NCBI RefSeq assembly: GCF_000014785.1
Contig: NC_008340.1
Span: 2,940,001 to 2,972,000, forward strand
From: Alkalilimnicola ehrlichii MLHE-1
GTDB lineage: Bacteria > Pseudomonadota > Gammaproteobacteria > Nitrococcales > Halorhodospiraceae
Direction: 5' to 3'
Length of the DNA: 32,000 nt
Shown: one piece after another, positions 1 through 9,761 of the stretch
How the letters are laid out: every line of letters begins with the position of its first letter
Position numbering within the stretch: position 1 is the first letter of the stretch
Program-made: the position numbers and the translations under genes
The notes under the pieces: model-generated
Told to the model about the DNA's origin: nothing
Databases searched by the model: none
What the model saw: the letters and a program-made list of their open reading frames with translations, nothing else

Positions 1-432
<432 letters not shown>

Positions 433-436
<4 letters not shown>

Positions 437-2431
437 TCCGCCCCCTCCATGACCTGTCGGGCGGCCCCGACGATGTCCTCCACCTGGGGCAGGGCTGCCG
501 TCTCCAGGTGGCGTGCGTAGGGGATCGGGATCTCGGCCGAGCAGACCCGGGCGATGGGGGCGTCCAGGTACCACAGGGCCTGTTCCGCCAGGATGGCGCT
601 GATCTCCGCAGCCAGGCTGCCGGTCTTCCACCCCTCGTCCACAATCACCGCCCGCTGGGTGCGGGTAACCGATGCCACCAGGGCCTCCGTATCCAGCGGG
701 CGCAACACCCGCAGATCCAGCACTTCGGCCTCGATACCCTCCTCTGCCAGCGCCTCGGCCGCCTCCAGGGTCTTACCCAGACTGCCGCCGTAGGTGATCA
801 GGGTCAGGTGCTGGCCCGGCCGGCGGATGGCGGCCTGGCGGATATCCACCCCCTGCGGGCAGGGGGTCAGCTCGCCCTCCTGGTTGTAGAGCAGGACGTG
901 CTCGAAGATCACCACCGGGTTGGGGTCATGCAGCGCCGCCCAAAGCATGTGCCGGGCGTCCTCCAGGGTGCCCGGCGCCAGCACCTTGAGCCCGGGCACG
1001 TGGGCGTACCAGTTCTCCAGGCTGTGGGAGTGCTGGGCAGCCACCTGCCGGCCGGCGCCGGTGGCCATGCGGATCACCAGGGGGACGGGGAACTGGCCGC
1101 CGGACATGTGCAGCAGCGTGGCGGCGTTATTGACGATCTGGTCCAGCGCCAGCAGGCTGAAGTTCACCGTCATGATCTCGACGATGGGCCGGGCGCCGCC
1201 CAGGGCCGCGCCGACCCCGGCGCCGGTGAAGCCGTTCTCCGAGAGCGGGGTGTCGCGCATCCGCTCCGGCCCAAACTGCTCCAGCAACCCGCGGGAGACG
1301 GCGTAGCAGCCCCCGTAGTGACCGATGTCCTCCCCCATCATGAAGCTGCGCGGCTCATGGGTCAGGGCCTCGATCAAGCCACGCCGGAAGGCCTCGCGGA
1401 AGCTCAGCCGCTCCGGCTCGGTCGCCACATCGGGGGGCGGAGGGGGCGCCTCCGACACCGGTGCGCAGACGTGATCCAGCAGGGTATCCGGGGACTCCCA
1501 TTCGGCCTGCTCGGCGAAGGCCACGGCGGCGTCAATCTCCTCACCGATTTCCCCGTCCATGGCCTCCAACTCCCCCTCGTGCAGCGCCCCGGAGCGGCTC
1601 ATCCAATCACTGAGCCGCCGGATCGGGTCGCGGGCCTGCCACGCCTCCACCTCCGCCTTGTCACGGTAGAGCTGCGGGTCGAACATGGAGTGGGCCCGGA
1701 AGCGGTAGGTCTCGCACTCCAGGAAGCGCGGCCCCTCGCCGGCACGCACGGAGGCCAGGGCCCGGCCGCTGGCGGCCTCCACCGCCACCACATCCATGCC
1801 GTCCACCCGCTCGGCGGGGACGCCCAGGGCCTCCGCCTTGCGGTACAGCTCGGTCTGGGCGTGGGCGAGGTGCAGGGCCGTCCCCATGGCGTACTGGTTG
1901 TTCTCGCAGACGAAAAAGACCGGGAGCTGCCAGAGGGCGGCCAGGTTGAGCGACTCGTGGAACACCCCCTCGGCCACGGCGCCGTCGCCGAAGAAACAGG
2001 CGGTCACCCGCTGGCGACCCGCCAGCTTGTCGGCCAGCGCCAGCCCCACGGCCAACGGCAAGCCGCCGCCGACAATGGCGTTGCCGCCGTAAAATCGGTG
2101 TTCGGCGTCGAACAGGTGCATCGACCCGCCCCGCCCCAGGCTGCATCCGGCCGCCTTGCCGTACATCTCCGCCATCACCGGGTTCATGGCGATGCGATTG
2201 AGCAGGGCGTGGCCGTGCTCGCGGTAGGTGGCCACCACGCCGTCGTTCGGGTCGAGACCGAACATGGCGCCGGCCCCGACCGCCTCCTCGCCGATGTAGA
2301 CGTGGAGGAAGCCACGGATCTTCTCCTGGGTGTAGAGTTCGACGCAGCGCTCCTCGAACCGGCGCATGCGCAGCATCTGACGGAGCAGGGCCAGCAGGTG
2401 CGTGCGCGACAGCCTCGGCTTGCCTTCGCTG

Positions 2432-2442
<11 letters not shown>
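433..2442 (-). CDS. Fused E1 alpha/beta component of a thiamine-diphosphate-dependent 2-oxoacid (pyruvate/acetoin-type) dehydrogenase
   Basis: 669-aa ORF. The N-terminal half carries the E1-alpha TPP-binding signature ([11 protein letters not shown]...[11 protein letters not shown]). The C-terminal half is E1-beta/transketolase-like ([15 protein letters not shown]..., [18 protein letters not shown]...). ATG 2442 is preceded by GGAGGGGGG and overlaps the upstream gene by 11 nt. Confidence 0.85.
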
Positions 2443-4198
<1,756 letters not shown>

Positions 4199-4326
4199 AC
4201 GGCGCTCCTATAGGCCGCTGATCGAAAGACCACCGGGCCGTTTTGATCCCGGTTAAAGCAAGCATAGGAACGCCCCCCGGTTGATTCAACGCAGGGTACC
4301 GCTCGGTTGCCGCCCGGGCAGCGCGC

Positions 4327-5013
4327 GTGGCGGGGTACAATCTGTTACCGTCCGTGGCCCGACGGCGGTCACTGCCGACCCATCGGCTCAGTCCCAACCA
4401 TCGCGGGGTGCCAACATTGTCGAACGGAAAGACACCGGTCACCGACCCGCTGATCGCGGCCATCGTCTTTCAGGGGCTCCTCTTCCCGCTGGCCATCGGC
4501 CTGGCCTTCCTGCTCGGCGTTCGCCCCTGGACGGCCATGGACGCCAATCTGGATGCGGTGCTGCTGGCGGTGGTCGCCACCCTCCCCCCGCTGCTGGGGC
4601 TCTGGGGGCTGTCGCGGGCGCGGGTGGCCTGGTTTGAGGACCTGGATGCCCTGGTGCGACCGATGATCAACGCCCTGTTCCGCGGGCGCGGCCGGGGACC
4701 GGTGCTGCTGATCTCACTGCTGGCCGGCTTCGGCGAGGAGCTGCTGTTCCGTGGCGTCCTGCAGGGCTGGCTGACGGAGCTGGCCGGGCCCTGGACGGGG
4801 GTGCTGGCGGCAGCGGTGGTCTTCGGCCTGCTGCATTTCCTGTCCTGGACTTATTTTGTCTTCGCGGTGGGCTTCGGCATCTACCTGGGGGTGATCTACG
4901 AGCTGACCGGCAACCTCCTGGTGGTCTGCCTGGTCCACGCCCTCTACGACTGGGCAGCGATCCACTACATGCTGCGCGACGGCGCCCCCGCCTCCGATAC
5001 CCCCACCCCCTGA
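4327..5013 (+). CDS. CPBP (CAAX protease/bacteriocin-processing) family intramembrane glutamic endopeptidase
   Basis: 228-aa ORF. It has several hydrophobic helices and the three CPBP motifs: GEELLFRG (EExxxR), FGLLHF (FxxxH) and HALYD (HxxxD/N). The first codon in the track is GTG 4327. The true start is uncertain; GTG 4408 or TTG 4417 are alternatives, because the first ~30 residues are Arg/Pro-rich and look non-native. Confidence 0.7.
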   Translation: MAGYNLLPSVARRRSLPTHRLSPNHRGVPTLSNGKTPVTDPLIAAIVFQGLLFPLAIGLAFLLGVRPWTAMDANLDAVLLAVVATLPPLLGLWGLSRARVAWFEDLDALVRPMINALFRGRGRGPVLLISLLAGFGEELLFRGVLQGWLTELAGPWTGVLAAAVVFGLLHFLSWTYFVFAVGFGIYLGVIYELTGNLLVVCLVHALYDWAAIHYMLRDGAPASDTPTP

Positions 5014-5049
5014 CCGCACACTGCCTTTCGCACGGCCGGCGCGCCCGGG

Positions 5050-5727
5050 TCACCGGCGGTAACCGATCGGCAGCAGGTAGAGGGGCCGCTCCCCCGGCCC
5101 GAGTTCCAGCGCCCGAGCCAGCGCCTCATCGTCGAAGGCGCCGATCGCCACCGTACCCAAACCCAGGGCGGTGGCCTGCAGGTAGATGTTCTGCGCCACG
5201 TGACCGGCCTCCATGTGCACGTAGCGCGCCGCCCGCTCGCCGTAGCGGTGCGCGGTGCGCGCCTCCACCGCCGACAAGGCCACCACCAGCGGGGCCCGGG
5301 CCACCGCTGCCTGCCCCAGGCTCGCCTGCACCACCGCCTCACCCGGCGCGGCGTCCAGCCGACGCACCAGCACATGCTCATCAGGTCGATAGCGCCAGAC
5401 CCCGGGCGACAGGCCACGGGCCCGGCGCACCAGCAGGTCCACCTCCATCGGATAGGTGGCCCCGGCCGATGGCGCGGTCCGCAACCCCCGGCCCAGGTCG
5501 CTCACCCCCTGGGCGGCCCAGGCCAGCTGGGCGATCGCGTTCAGATCCGGCACCTCCTCGGCGTAGCGGCGCACGGAACGCCGCGTCTCCAGCGCCTGCT
5601 CCAGGGCCATGGGCCCGGCGCGCTTGGGCTCGGGCAGGGTCACCACCCTGTCCGCCTCACCCTGGGGATCGCTCAGGGCCCCGAAAGAGATGATCATCAG
5701 CAGCAGCCCCGCCGACACCTTCCACAT
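5050..5727 (-). CDS. SagB/ThcOx-type nitroreductase-fold (FMN) dehydrogenase with N-terminal signal peptide or membrane anchor
   Basis: I place the start at ATG 5727 (MWKVSAGLLLMIISFGALSDPQGEA...), with GGGAG 8 nt upstream. The track start at 5808 is a GTG with no RBS. SagB-type domain signatures are present: RRSVRRY, TAPSAGATYPMEVDLLV, YVHMEAGHVAQNIYLQATALGLGTVAIGAFDD. Confidence 0.7.
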   Translation of the reverse strand: MWKVSAGLLLMIISFGALSDPQGEADRVVTLPEPKRAGPMALEQALETRRSVRRYAEEVPDLNAIAQLAWAAQGVSDLGRGLRTAPSAGATYPMEVDLLVRRARGLSPGVWRYRPDEHVLVRRLDAAPGEAVVQASLGQAAVARAPLVVALSAVEARTAHRYGERAARYVHMEAGHVAQNIYLQATALGLGTVAIGAFDDEALARALELGPGERPLYLLPIGYRR

Positions 5728-5840
5728 GCCATAACTCCCGGACAACCGGGGAGAATCCGTCACTCCCACCAGTAAAGCACATCCCGCCGCCGACAGCTGT
5801 CGGGTCACCGCCGCACCGTTCGGGCCGGATCTGAAAATAA

Positions 5841-5884
5841 TTGTTGCACTGCACCAAATCCGCTGTTATGCTGCATCGCAACAA
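5841..5884. promoter_or_regulatory. Imperfect 13-bp inverted repeat (TTGTTGCACTGCA ... TGCATCGCAACAA) spanning the phasin promoter; candidate repressor operator
   Basis: The left arm is 5841..5853 and the right arm 5872..5884. 11 of 13 positions are complementary and the spacer is 18 nt. It is TGC/GCA-rich and overlaps the predicted -35 and -10/TSS. Confidence 0.35.
5844..5872 (+). promoter_or_regulatory. Sigma70-type promoter candidate for the phasin gene
   Basis: TTGCAC (5844..5849), a 17-nt spacer, then TATGCT (5867..5872). It lies in a locally AT-richer stretch 68 nt upstream of the phasin ATG. GAGGTG is the RBS just before ATG 5940. Confidence 0.4.
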
Positions 5885-5939
5885 GGTTGGAGAAGGGCTC
5901 CACACCTTGTCGCAAATACAAACGCAATGAGGTGTTGCC

Positions 5940-6305
5940 ATGATGAACCCGACGATTGAGCAGATGAACAAGCAGATTGAGCAGCTGGTGAGCGGCCCGG
6001 CCCGCAGCTTCGCCGAGCTGAGCGTCAACCACCTGGAGGCCCTGGTGAGCAACCAGGTCGAGCTCTCCAAGAGCTACGCCGACCTGGGCTTCAAGCAGAT
6101 CCGCGCCGCGCTGGACATCAAGGCGCCGCAGGATGTGCAGAGCTACATCGAAAGCCAACAGGACGTGGCCCGCGAGCTCGGCGAGCGCGTGAAGGCCGAC
6201 GCCGAGAAGGTGGTCAGCCTGAACCGCAAGTACGCCGAAGAGGCCCAGGCCCTGACCCAGAAGAGCGTCCAGGCCGCGGCCAAGGCCGGTGGTCAGTCCA
6301 AGTAA
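5940..6305 (+). CDS. phaP: Phasin family protein (PHA granule-associated)
   Basis: 121-aa ORF, Ala/Gln/Glu/Lys-rich and predicted all-helical. The pattern is typical of the short phasin_2 family (FAELSVNHLEALVSNQVELSKSYADLGFKQIRAALDIKAPQDVQSYIESQQDVARELGERV). It has its own promoter and terminator. Confidence 0.7.
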   Translation: MMNPTIEQMNKQIEQLVSGPARSFAELSVNHLEALVSNQVELSKSYADLGFKQIRAALDIKAPQDVQSYIESQQDVARELGERVKADAEKVVSLNRKYAEEAQALTQKSVQAAAKAGGQSK

Positions 6306-6347
6306 GGACGACGCTGCGGGCGGCTGTCACAGCCGCCGGTAACAGAC

Positions 6348-6380
6348 GCCGGCCCCCATTCGGGGGCCGGCGTTTTTTAT
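6348..6380 (+). terminator. Rho-independent terminator of the phasin gene (possibly bidirectional, also just downstream of prpD)
   Basis: Perfect 10-bp GC stem: GCCGGCCCCC (6348..6357), loop ATTC, GGGGGCCGGC (6362..6371), followed by GTTTTTTAT. It is preceded by a second small hairpin GCGGCTG-TCA-CAGCCGC near 6319..6335. It lies between convergent genes. Confidence 0.7.
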
Positions 6381-6387
6381 GGGCGGG

Positions 6388-7842
6388 TCAGAGGGTCCAG
6401 AGCGCCATGAACTCGTTGACCGCCATGCGCTCCAGCCCCTTCTGCTTGTCACAGGCCTTGCGAATGGCCTCGGCGCGCCGCGGGGCGAAGCGGGTGGCCA
6501 GGGCCTTCTCGAACTTATCCACCAGCACCGGGATACCCTCCTTGCGCCGGCGGCGGTGGCCGATCGGGTACTCCACCGCGACCCGGTCGGTCTTGCTCCC
6601 GTCCTTGAAGAAGAGCTGCACGGCATTGCCAATGGAGCGCTTCTTCGGGTCCAGGTAGTCCTTGGAGAAGGGCTTGTGCTCCACCACCTCCATCTTTTCG
6701 CGCAGGGCGTCGATACGCGGGTCGGCGGCGACGGCGTCCTCGTAGTCGTCGGCGGTGAGCCGGCCGTGGATCAGCGGCACGGCGACCATGTACTGGATGC
6801 AGTGGTCGCGGTCGGCGGGGTTGTCCAGCGGGCCCTCCTTGTCGATGATCCGCACCCCGGCCTCCTGGGTCTCGATGACCACCTTCTCCACCTCGTCGAG
6901 CCGGTCACGCACCTGCTCGTGCAGGGTCATGGCGGCCTCCACGGCGGTCTGGGCGTGGAATTCGGCGGGGAAGGAGATCTTGAACAGGATATTCTCCATC
7001 ACGTAGCTGTCGTAGGCCTGGTTGATCTCCAGCTTGTTGCCCTTGAAGAGCACGTCGTTGAAGCCCCAGAAGTCGGCGGACAGGGCGGTGGGATAGCCCA
7101 TCTCGCCGGTCATGGCGATCAGCGCCAGGCGCACGCCGCGGGCACTGGCATCGCCCGCGGCCCAGCTCTTGCGGGAGCCGGTGTTGGGGGCGTGGCGGTA
7201 GGTGCGCAGCGCGGAGCCGTCGATGAAGGCGTGGGAGAGGGCGTTGGTGATGTCGTCCTGGCTGCCGCCCAGCATGTCGGTGGCGACGGCGGTGGTGGCG
7301 ATGCGCACCAGCATGACGTGGTCCAGCCCCACCCGGTTGAAGGAGTTCTCCAGCGCGAGCACCCCCTGGATCTCGTGGGCCTTGATCATGGCGGTGAGCA
7401 CGTCCTTCATGGTCAGGGGTTTCTTGCCCTGGGCCAGCCGCTGGCGGCTGAGGTAGTCGGCCACGGCGAGGATGCCCCCCAGGTTGTCGGAGGGGTGGCC
7501 CCACTCGGCGGCGAGCCAAGTGTCGTTGAAGTCGAGCCAGCGGACCATGGCGCCGATGTTGAAGGCGGCCTGGACGGGGTCGAGCTGGTAGGGGGTGCCG
7601 GGCACCCGGGCGCCGTCGGCCATCTGCGCCCCGGGGACCACGGGGCCGAGCAGCTTGGTGCAGGCGGGGTATTGCAGGGCCAGCATGCCGCAGGCCAGGG
7701 TGTCCATCAGGCAGTAGCGGGCGGTCTCGTAGGCCTCGTCGGATTTGATCTCCTTCTTGGCGACGTACTTGGCGATGTCGACCAGCTCTTTGTCCGGTTT
7801 GGGACGCTTGGTGGACTTGATACCCCGATCGGTGGCGCTCAT
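6388..7842 (-). CDS. prpD: 2-methylcitrate dehydratase
   Basis: 484-aa ORF of the MmgE/PrpD family ([11 protein letters not shown]..., [27 protein letters not shown]..., [18 protein letters not shown]). GGGAGGA RBS upstream of ATG 7842. It is the last gene of the prp cluster. Confidence 0.9.
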   Translation of the reverse strand: MSATDRGIKSTKRPKPDKELVDIAKYVAKKEIKSDEAYETARYCLMDTLACGMLALQYPACTKLLGPVVPGAQMADGARVPGTPYQLDPVQAAFNIGAMVRWLDFNDTWLAAEWGHPSDNLGGILAVADYLSRQRLAQGKKPLTMKDVLTAMIKAHEIQGVLALENSFNRVGLDHVMLVRIATTAVATDMLGGSQDDITNALSHAFIDGSALRTYRHAPNTGSRKSWAAGDASARGVRLALIAMTGEMGYPTALSADFWGFNDVLFKGNKLEINQAYDSYVMENILFKISFPAEFHAQTAVEAAMTLHEQVRDRLDEVEKVVIETQEAGVRIIDKEGPLDNPADRDHCIQYMVAVPLIHGRLTADDYEDAVAADPRIDALREKMEVVEHKPFSKDYLDPKKRSIGNAVQLFFKDGSKTDRVAVEYPIGHRRRRKEGIPVLVDKFEKALATRFAPRRAEAIRKACDKQKGLERMAVNEFMALWTL

Positions 7843-7920
7843 GGGTCTTCCTCCCTTCGGCGGTCGGCTTTCATGCCTGGTTTGGTTTTTCTCTCTCCAG
7901 TGTAGGTATTAAGTCCGGAC

Positions 7921-7990
7921 TGTGTGTGGGGGGTGTTGATGGGGCTTCGGACAGGGGGGGGGGCGGCCGGGGAGTGGGGTTGGGTTGTGG
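7921..7990. other. Extreme G-rich tract on the plus strand (C-rich on the mRNA strand of the prp operon), including a G10 homopolymer
   Basis: My base count for 7921..7990 is 44 G and 6 C out of 70 nt. G-runs are GGGGGG, GGGG, G10 (7954..7963), GGGG, GGGG and GGG. Confidence 0.9.
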
Positions 7991-7993
7991 ACT

Positions 7994-8020
7994 CGCCGTG
8001 AATACATCCCTGTAGGCTCG
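7994..8020 (+). repeat. Copy A of a 27-nt conserved repeat core (CGCCGTGAATACATCCCTGTAGGCTCG)
   Basis: Identical 27-mer to 12574..12600. Its reverse complement matches 13978..14004 at 22 of 27 positions. Confidence 0.85.
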
Positions 8021-8030
8021 TAGGCGGCAC

Positions 8031-8172
8031 CCCCGTCATCGCGAGGGCCGAAGGCTTTTTCCCCGTCATCGCGAGGGCCGAAGGCCCGTGGCGATCCAGA
8101 GCGGTAGACTGCCACGTCGGCTTCGCCTCCTCGCAGTGACGGTGGGGGTGGGGCCCCGCTCGCAATGATGGG
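8031..8172. repeat. Cluster of four copies (two forward, two inverted) of a CCGTCAT(C/T)GCGAG(G/C)G-type motif
   Basis: An exact 25-nt tandem repeat CCCCGTCATCGCGAGGGCCGAAGGC lies at 8031..8055 and 8061..8085, separated by TTTTT. Inverted partners are at 8121..8142 (reverse complement CCGTCACTGCGAGGAGGCGAAG) and 8156..8172 (reverse complement CCCATCATTGCGAGCGG). Together they can form nested hairpins. Confidence 0.8.
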
Positions 8173-8251
8173 TTCGGGGATTCCTTGGCATTTCCTTGGG
8201 TCAACGCGCGATCAGATGCCGCGCTGGTGCTCCGGCTTGGGGCTCCGGTAG

Positions 8252-8285
8252 GGCTCGTAGGCGGCAGGGAGGCCGCCTACGAGCC
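8252..8285. repeat. Perfect 14-bp-stem hairpin (GGCTCGTAGGCGGC-AGGGAG-GCCGCCTACGAGCC) followed by a degenerate reverse copy of the repeat core (to about 8308)
   Basis: The left arm 8252..8265 is identical to 8015..8028. The right arm 8272..8285 is its exact reverse complement. 8280..8308 (CGAGCCTAGGGGTGAGCCGCATTGCGGCG) resembles the reverse complement of the 27-nt core at both ends. Confidence 0.75.
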
Positions 8286-8460
8286 TAGGGGTGAGCCGCA
8301 TTGCGGCGAACGCCCGGCCAGGGATGGACGGGCTGGACTTGCAAGCGGAGCAGGACTGCGTAGCTTGCAAGTATTTACGGCGTATCCCTACCGGCAAATC
8401 CCGAGCCGGAACACCCACCCATCCGAAAGCCGACCGAAAAAAAAGACAAGCTATGGGTGC

Positions 8461-9639
8461 TTAGAAGCTATCGCCGGGTACCCGGACCCAGCCTTCCATG
8501 AGCACCCGCGCGCTACGGCTCATGATCGCCTGCTTCACCGTCCACTCGCCGTTTTCCTGGGTGGCCTCCGCACCGACCCGCAGGGTGCCGGAGGGGTGGC
8601 CGAAGTGGACCGAGTTGCGATCGCCGCCACCGGCCGCCTCGTTAACCAGGGTGCCGGGGATGGCGGCGGCGGTGCCGATGGCCACGGCGGCGGTGCCCAT
8701 CATGGCGTGGTGGAGCTTGCCCATGGAGAGGGCGCGCACCAGCAGGTCGATGTCCTCCGCTTGCACGGCCTTGCCGCTGGAGGCGGTGTAGCTGGCCGGC
8801 GGGGCCACGAAGGCCACCTTCGGCGTGTGCTGGCGGTCGGCCGCCTCGGCCGGGTCAGTGATGAGCCCCATCTTCACCGCCCCGTGGGCGCGGATGGTCT
8901 CGAACATCTCCAGCGCCTTGGGGTCGCCGTTGATGGCCTCCTGCAGCTCGGTGCCGGTGTAGCCGATCTCGTCCGCGTTAACGAAGACCGTGGGGATGCC
9001 GGCGTTGATGAGGGTGGCCTTCAGCGTCCCCACCCCGGGCACCTTCAGGTCGTCCACCCGGTTGCCGGTGGGGAAGATGGCGCCGCCCCCGTCCGCTGGG
9101 TCCATGAAGGCCACCGGCACCTCGGCGGCGGGGAAGGTGACCCCGTCCAGTTCGAAGTCGCCGGTCTCCTGCACCTGGCCGTTGGTGATGGGCACCCGGG
9201 CGACGATGGTCTTCCCGATGTTGGCCTGCCAGATGCGCACGGCCACCTCGCCGTTCTCGGGGATGCGGGCCGGGTCCACCAGGCCGTTGCTGACCGCGAA
9301 GGGGCCGACGGCGGCGGAGAGGTTGCCGCAGTTGCCGCTCCAGTCCACGAAGGGCTTGTCGATGGCCACCTGGCCGAAGAGGTAGTCCACGTCGTGGTCG
9401 GGGCTGTCGCTCCTGGAGAGGATCACCGTCTTGCTGGTGCTGGAGGTGGCCCCGCCCATGCCGTCGGTGTGCTTGCCGTAGGGGTCGGGGCTGCCGATGA
9501 CCCGGAGCAGCAGTTTGTCCCGGGCCTCGCCCGGCTGCTGGGCCGCCTCGGGCAGATCATCCAGGCGGAAAAAGACGCCCTTGCTGGTACCGCCGCGCAT
9601 GTAGGTGGCGGGGATGCGGATTTGTGGGGTGTGTGCCAT
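8461..9639 (-). CDS. prpF: 2-methylaconitate cis-trans isomerase (AcnD accessory protein)
   Basis: I place the start at ATG 9639 (MAHTPQIRIPATYMRGGTSKGVFFRLDDLP...), which is the canonical PrpF N-terminus. The longer track ORF to 9750 adds an Arg/Gly/Pro-rich extension with no support. It lies immediately downstream of acnD. Confidence 0.9.
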   Translation of the reverse strand: MAHTPQIRIPATYMRGGTSKGVFFRLDDLPEAAQQPGEARDKLLLRVIGSPDPYGKHTDGMGGATSSTSKTVILSRSDSPDHDVDYLFGQVAIDKPFVDWSGNCGNLSAAVGPFAVSNGLVDPARIPENGEVAVRIWQANIGKTIVARVPITNGQVQETGDFELDGVTFPAAEVPVAFMDPADGGGAIFPTGNRVDDLKVPGVGTLKATLINAGIPTVFVNADEIGYTGTELQEAINGDPKALEMFETIRAHGAVKMGLITDPAEAADRQHTPKVAFVAPPASYTASSGKAVQAEDIDLLVRALSMGKLHHAMMGTAAVAIGTAAAIPGTLVNEAAGGGDRNSVHFGHPSGTLRVGAEATQENGEWTVKQAIMSRSARVLMEGWVRVPGDSF

Positions 9640-9664
9640 GGGCCTGTCTCGTCCTGATGCATGA

Positions 9665-9745
9665 GCGCCCCGTCCGTAGGCGGGGCGCCGGTGAATGGGA
9701 TGGCGGACGCGGCACTCTCCCGCACCGCTGCCGGGTGCGGGAGAG
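9665..9745 (-). other. Two GC-rich stem-loops in the acnD-prpF intercistronic gap
   Basis: First: GCGCCCCG (9665..9672) / CGGGGCGC (9681..9688), an 8-bp stem. Second: CTCTCCCGCACC (9715..9726) / GGTGCGGGAGAG (9734..9745), a perfect 12-bp stem with a 7-nt loop. Neither is followed by a U-tract. Confidence 0.6.
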
Positions 9746-9761
9746 CCCAACGAGGCAGCGC

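Noticed and set aside
8031-8085. Possible CRISPR-like array (exact 25-nt direct repeat).
   Set aside because: There are only two copies, separated by a 5-nt T-run rather than a spacer-sized unique sequence. Inverted partners follow, and there are no cas genes.
7839-8204. 121-aa and 68-aa minus-strand ORFs (7839..8204 and 7909..8115), and ORFs at 12377..12705 and 13850..14053, all in prp intercistronic gaps.
   Set aside because: They are read straight through the palindromic and tandem repeats, and their peptides repeat accordingly (PSALAMTG twice). They have no RBS and overlap the prpD start. I treat them as repeat-derived artefacts.
7971-8425. Possible outer inverted arms for repeat copy A (G/T-rich 7971..7990 versus C/A-rich 8407..8425).
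   Set aside because: The complementarity is only approximate and is driven by low-complexity composition. I could not align the arms convincingly by eye.
8437-8444. A8 run (T8 on the minus strand) right after the prpF stop, as an intrinsic terminator.
   Set aside because: No stable stem precedes the T-run on the minus strand.
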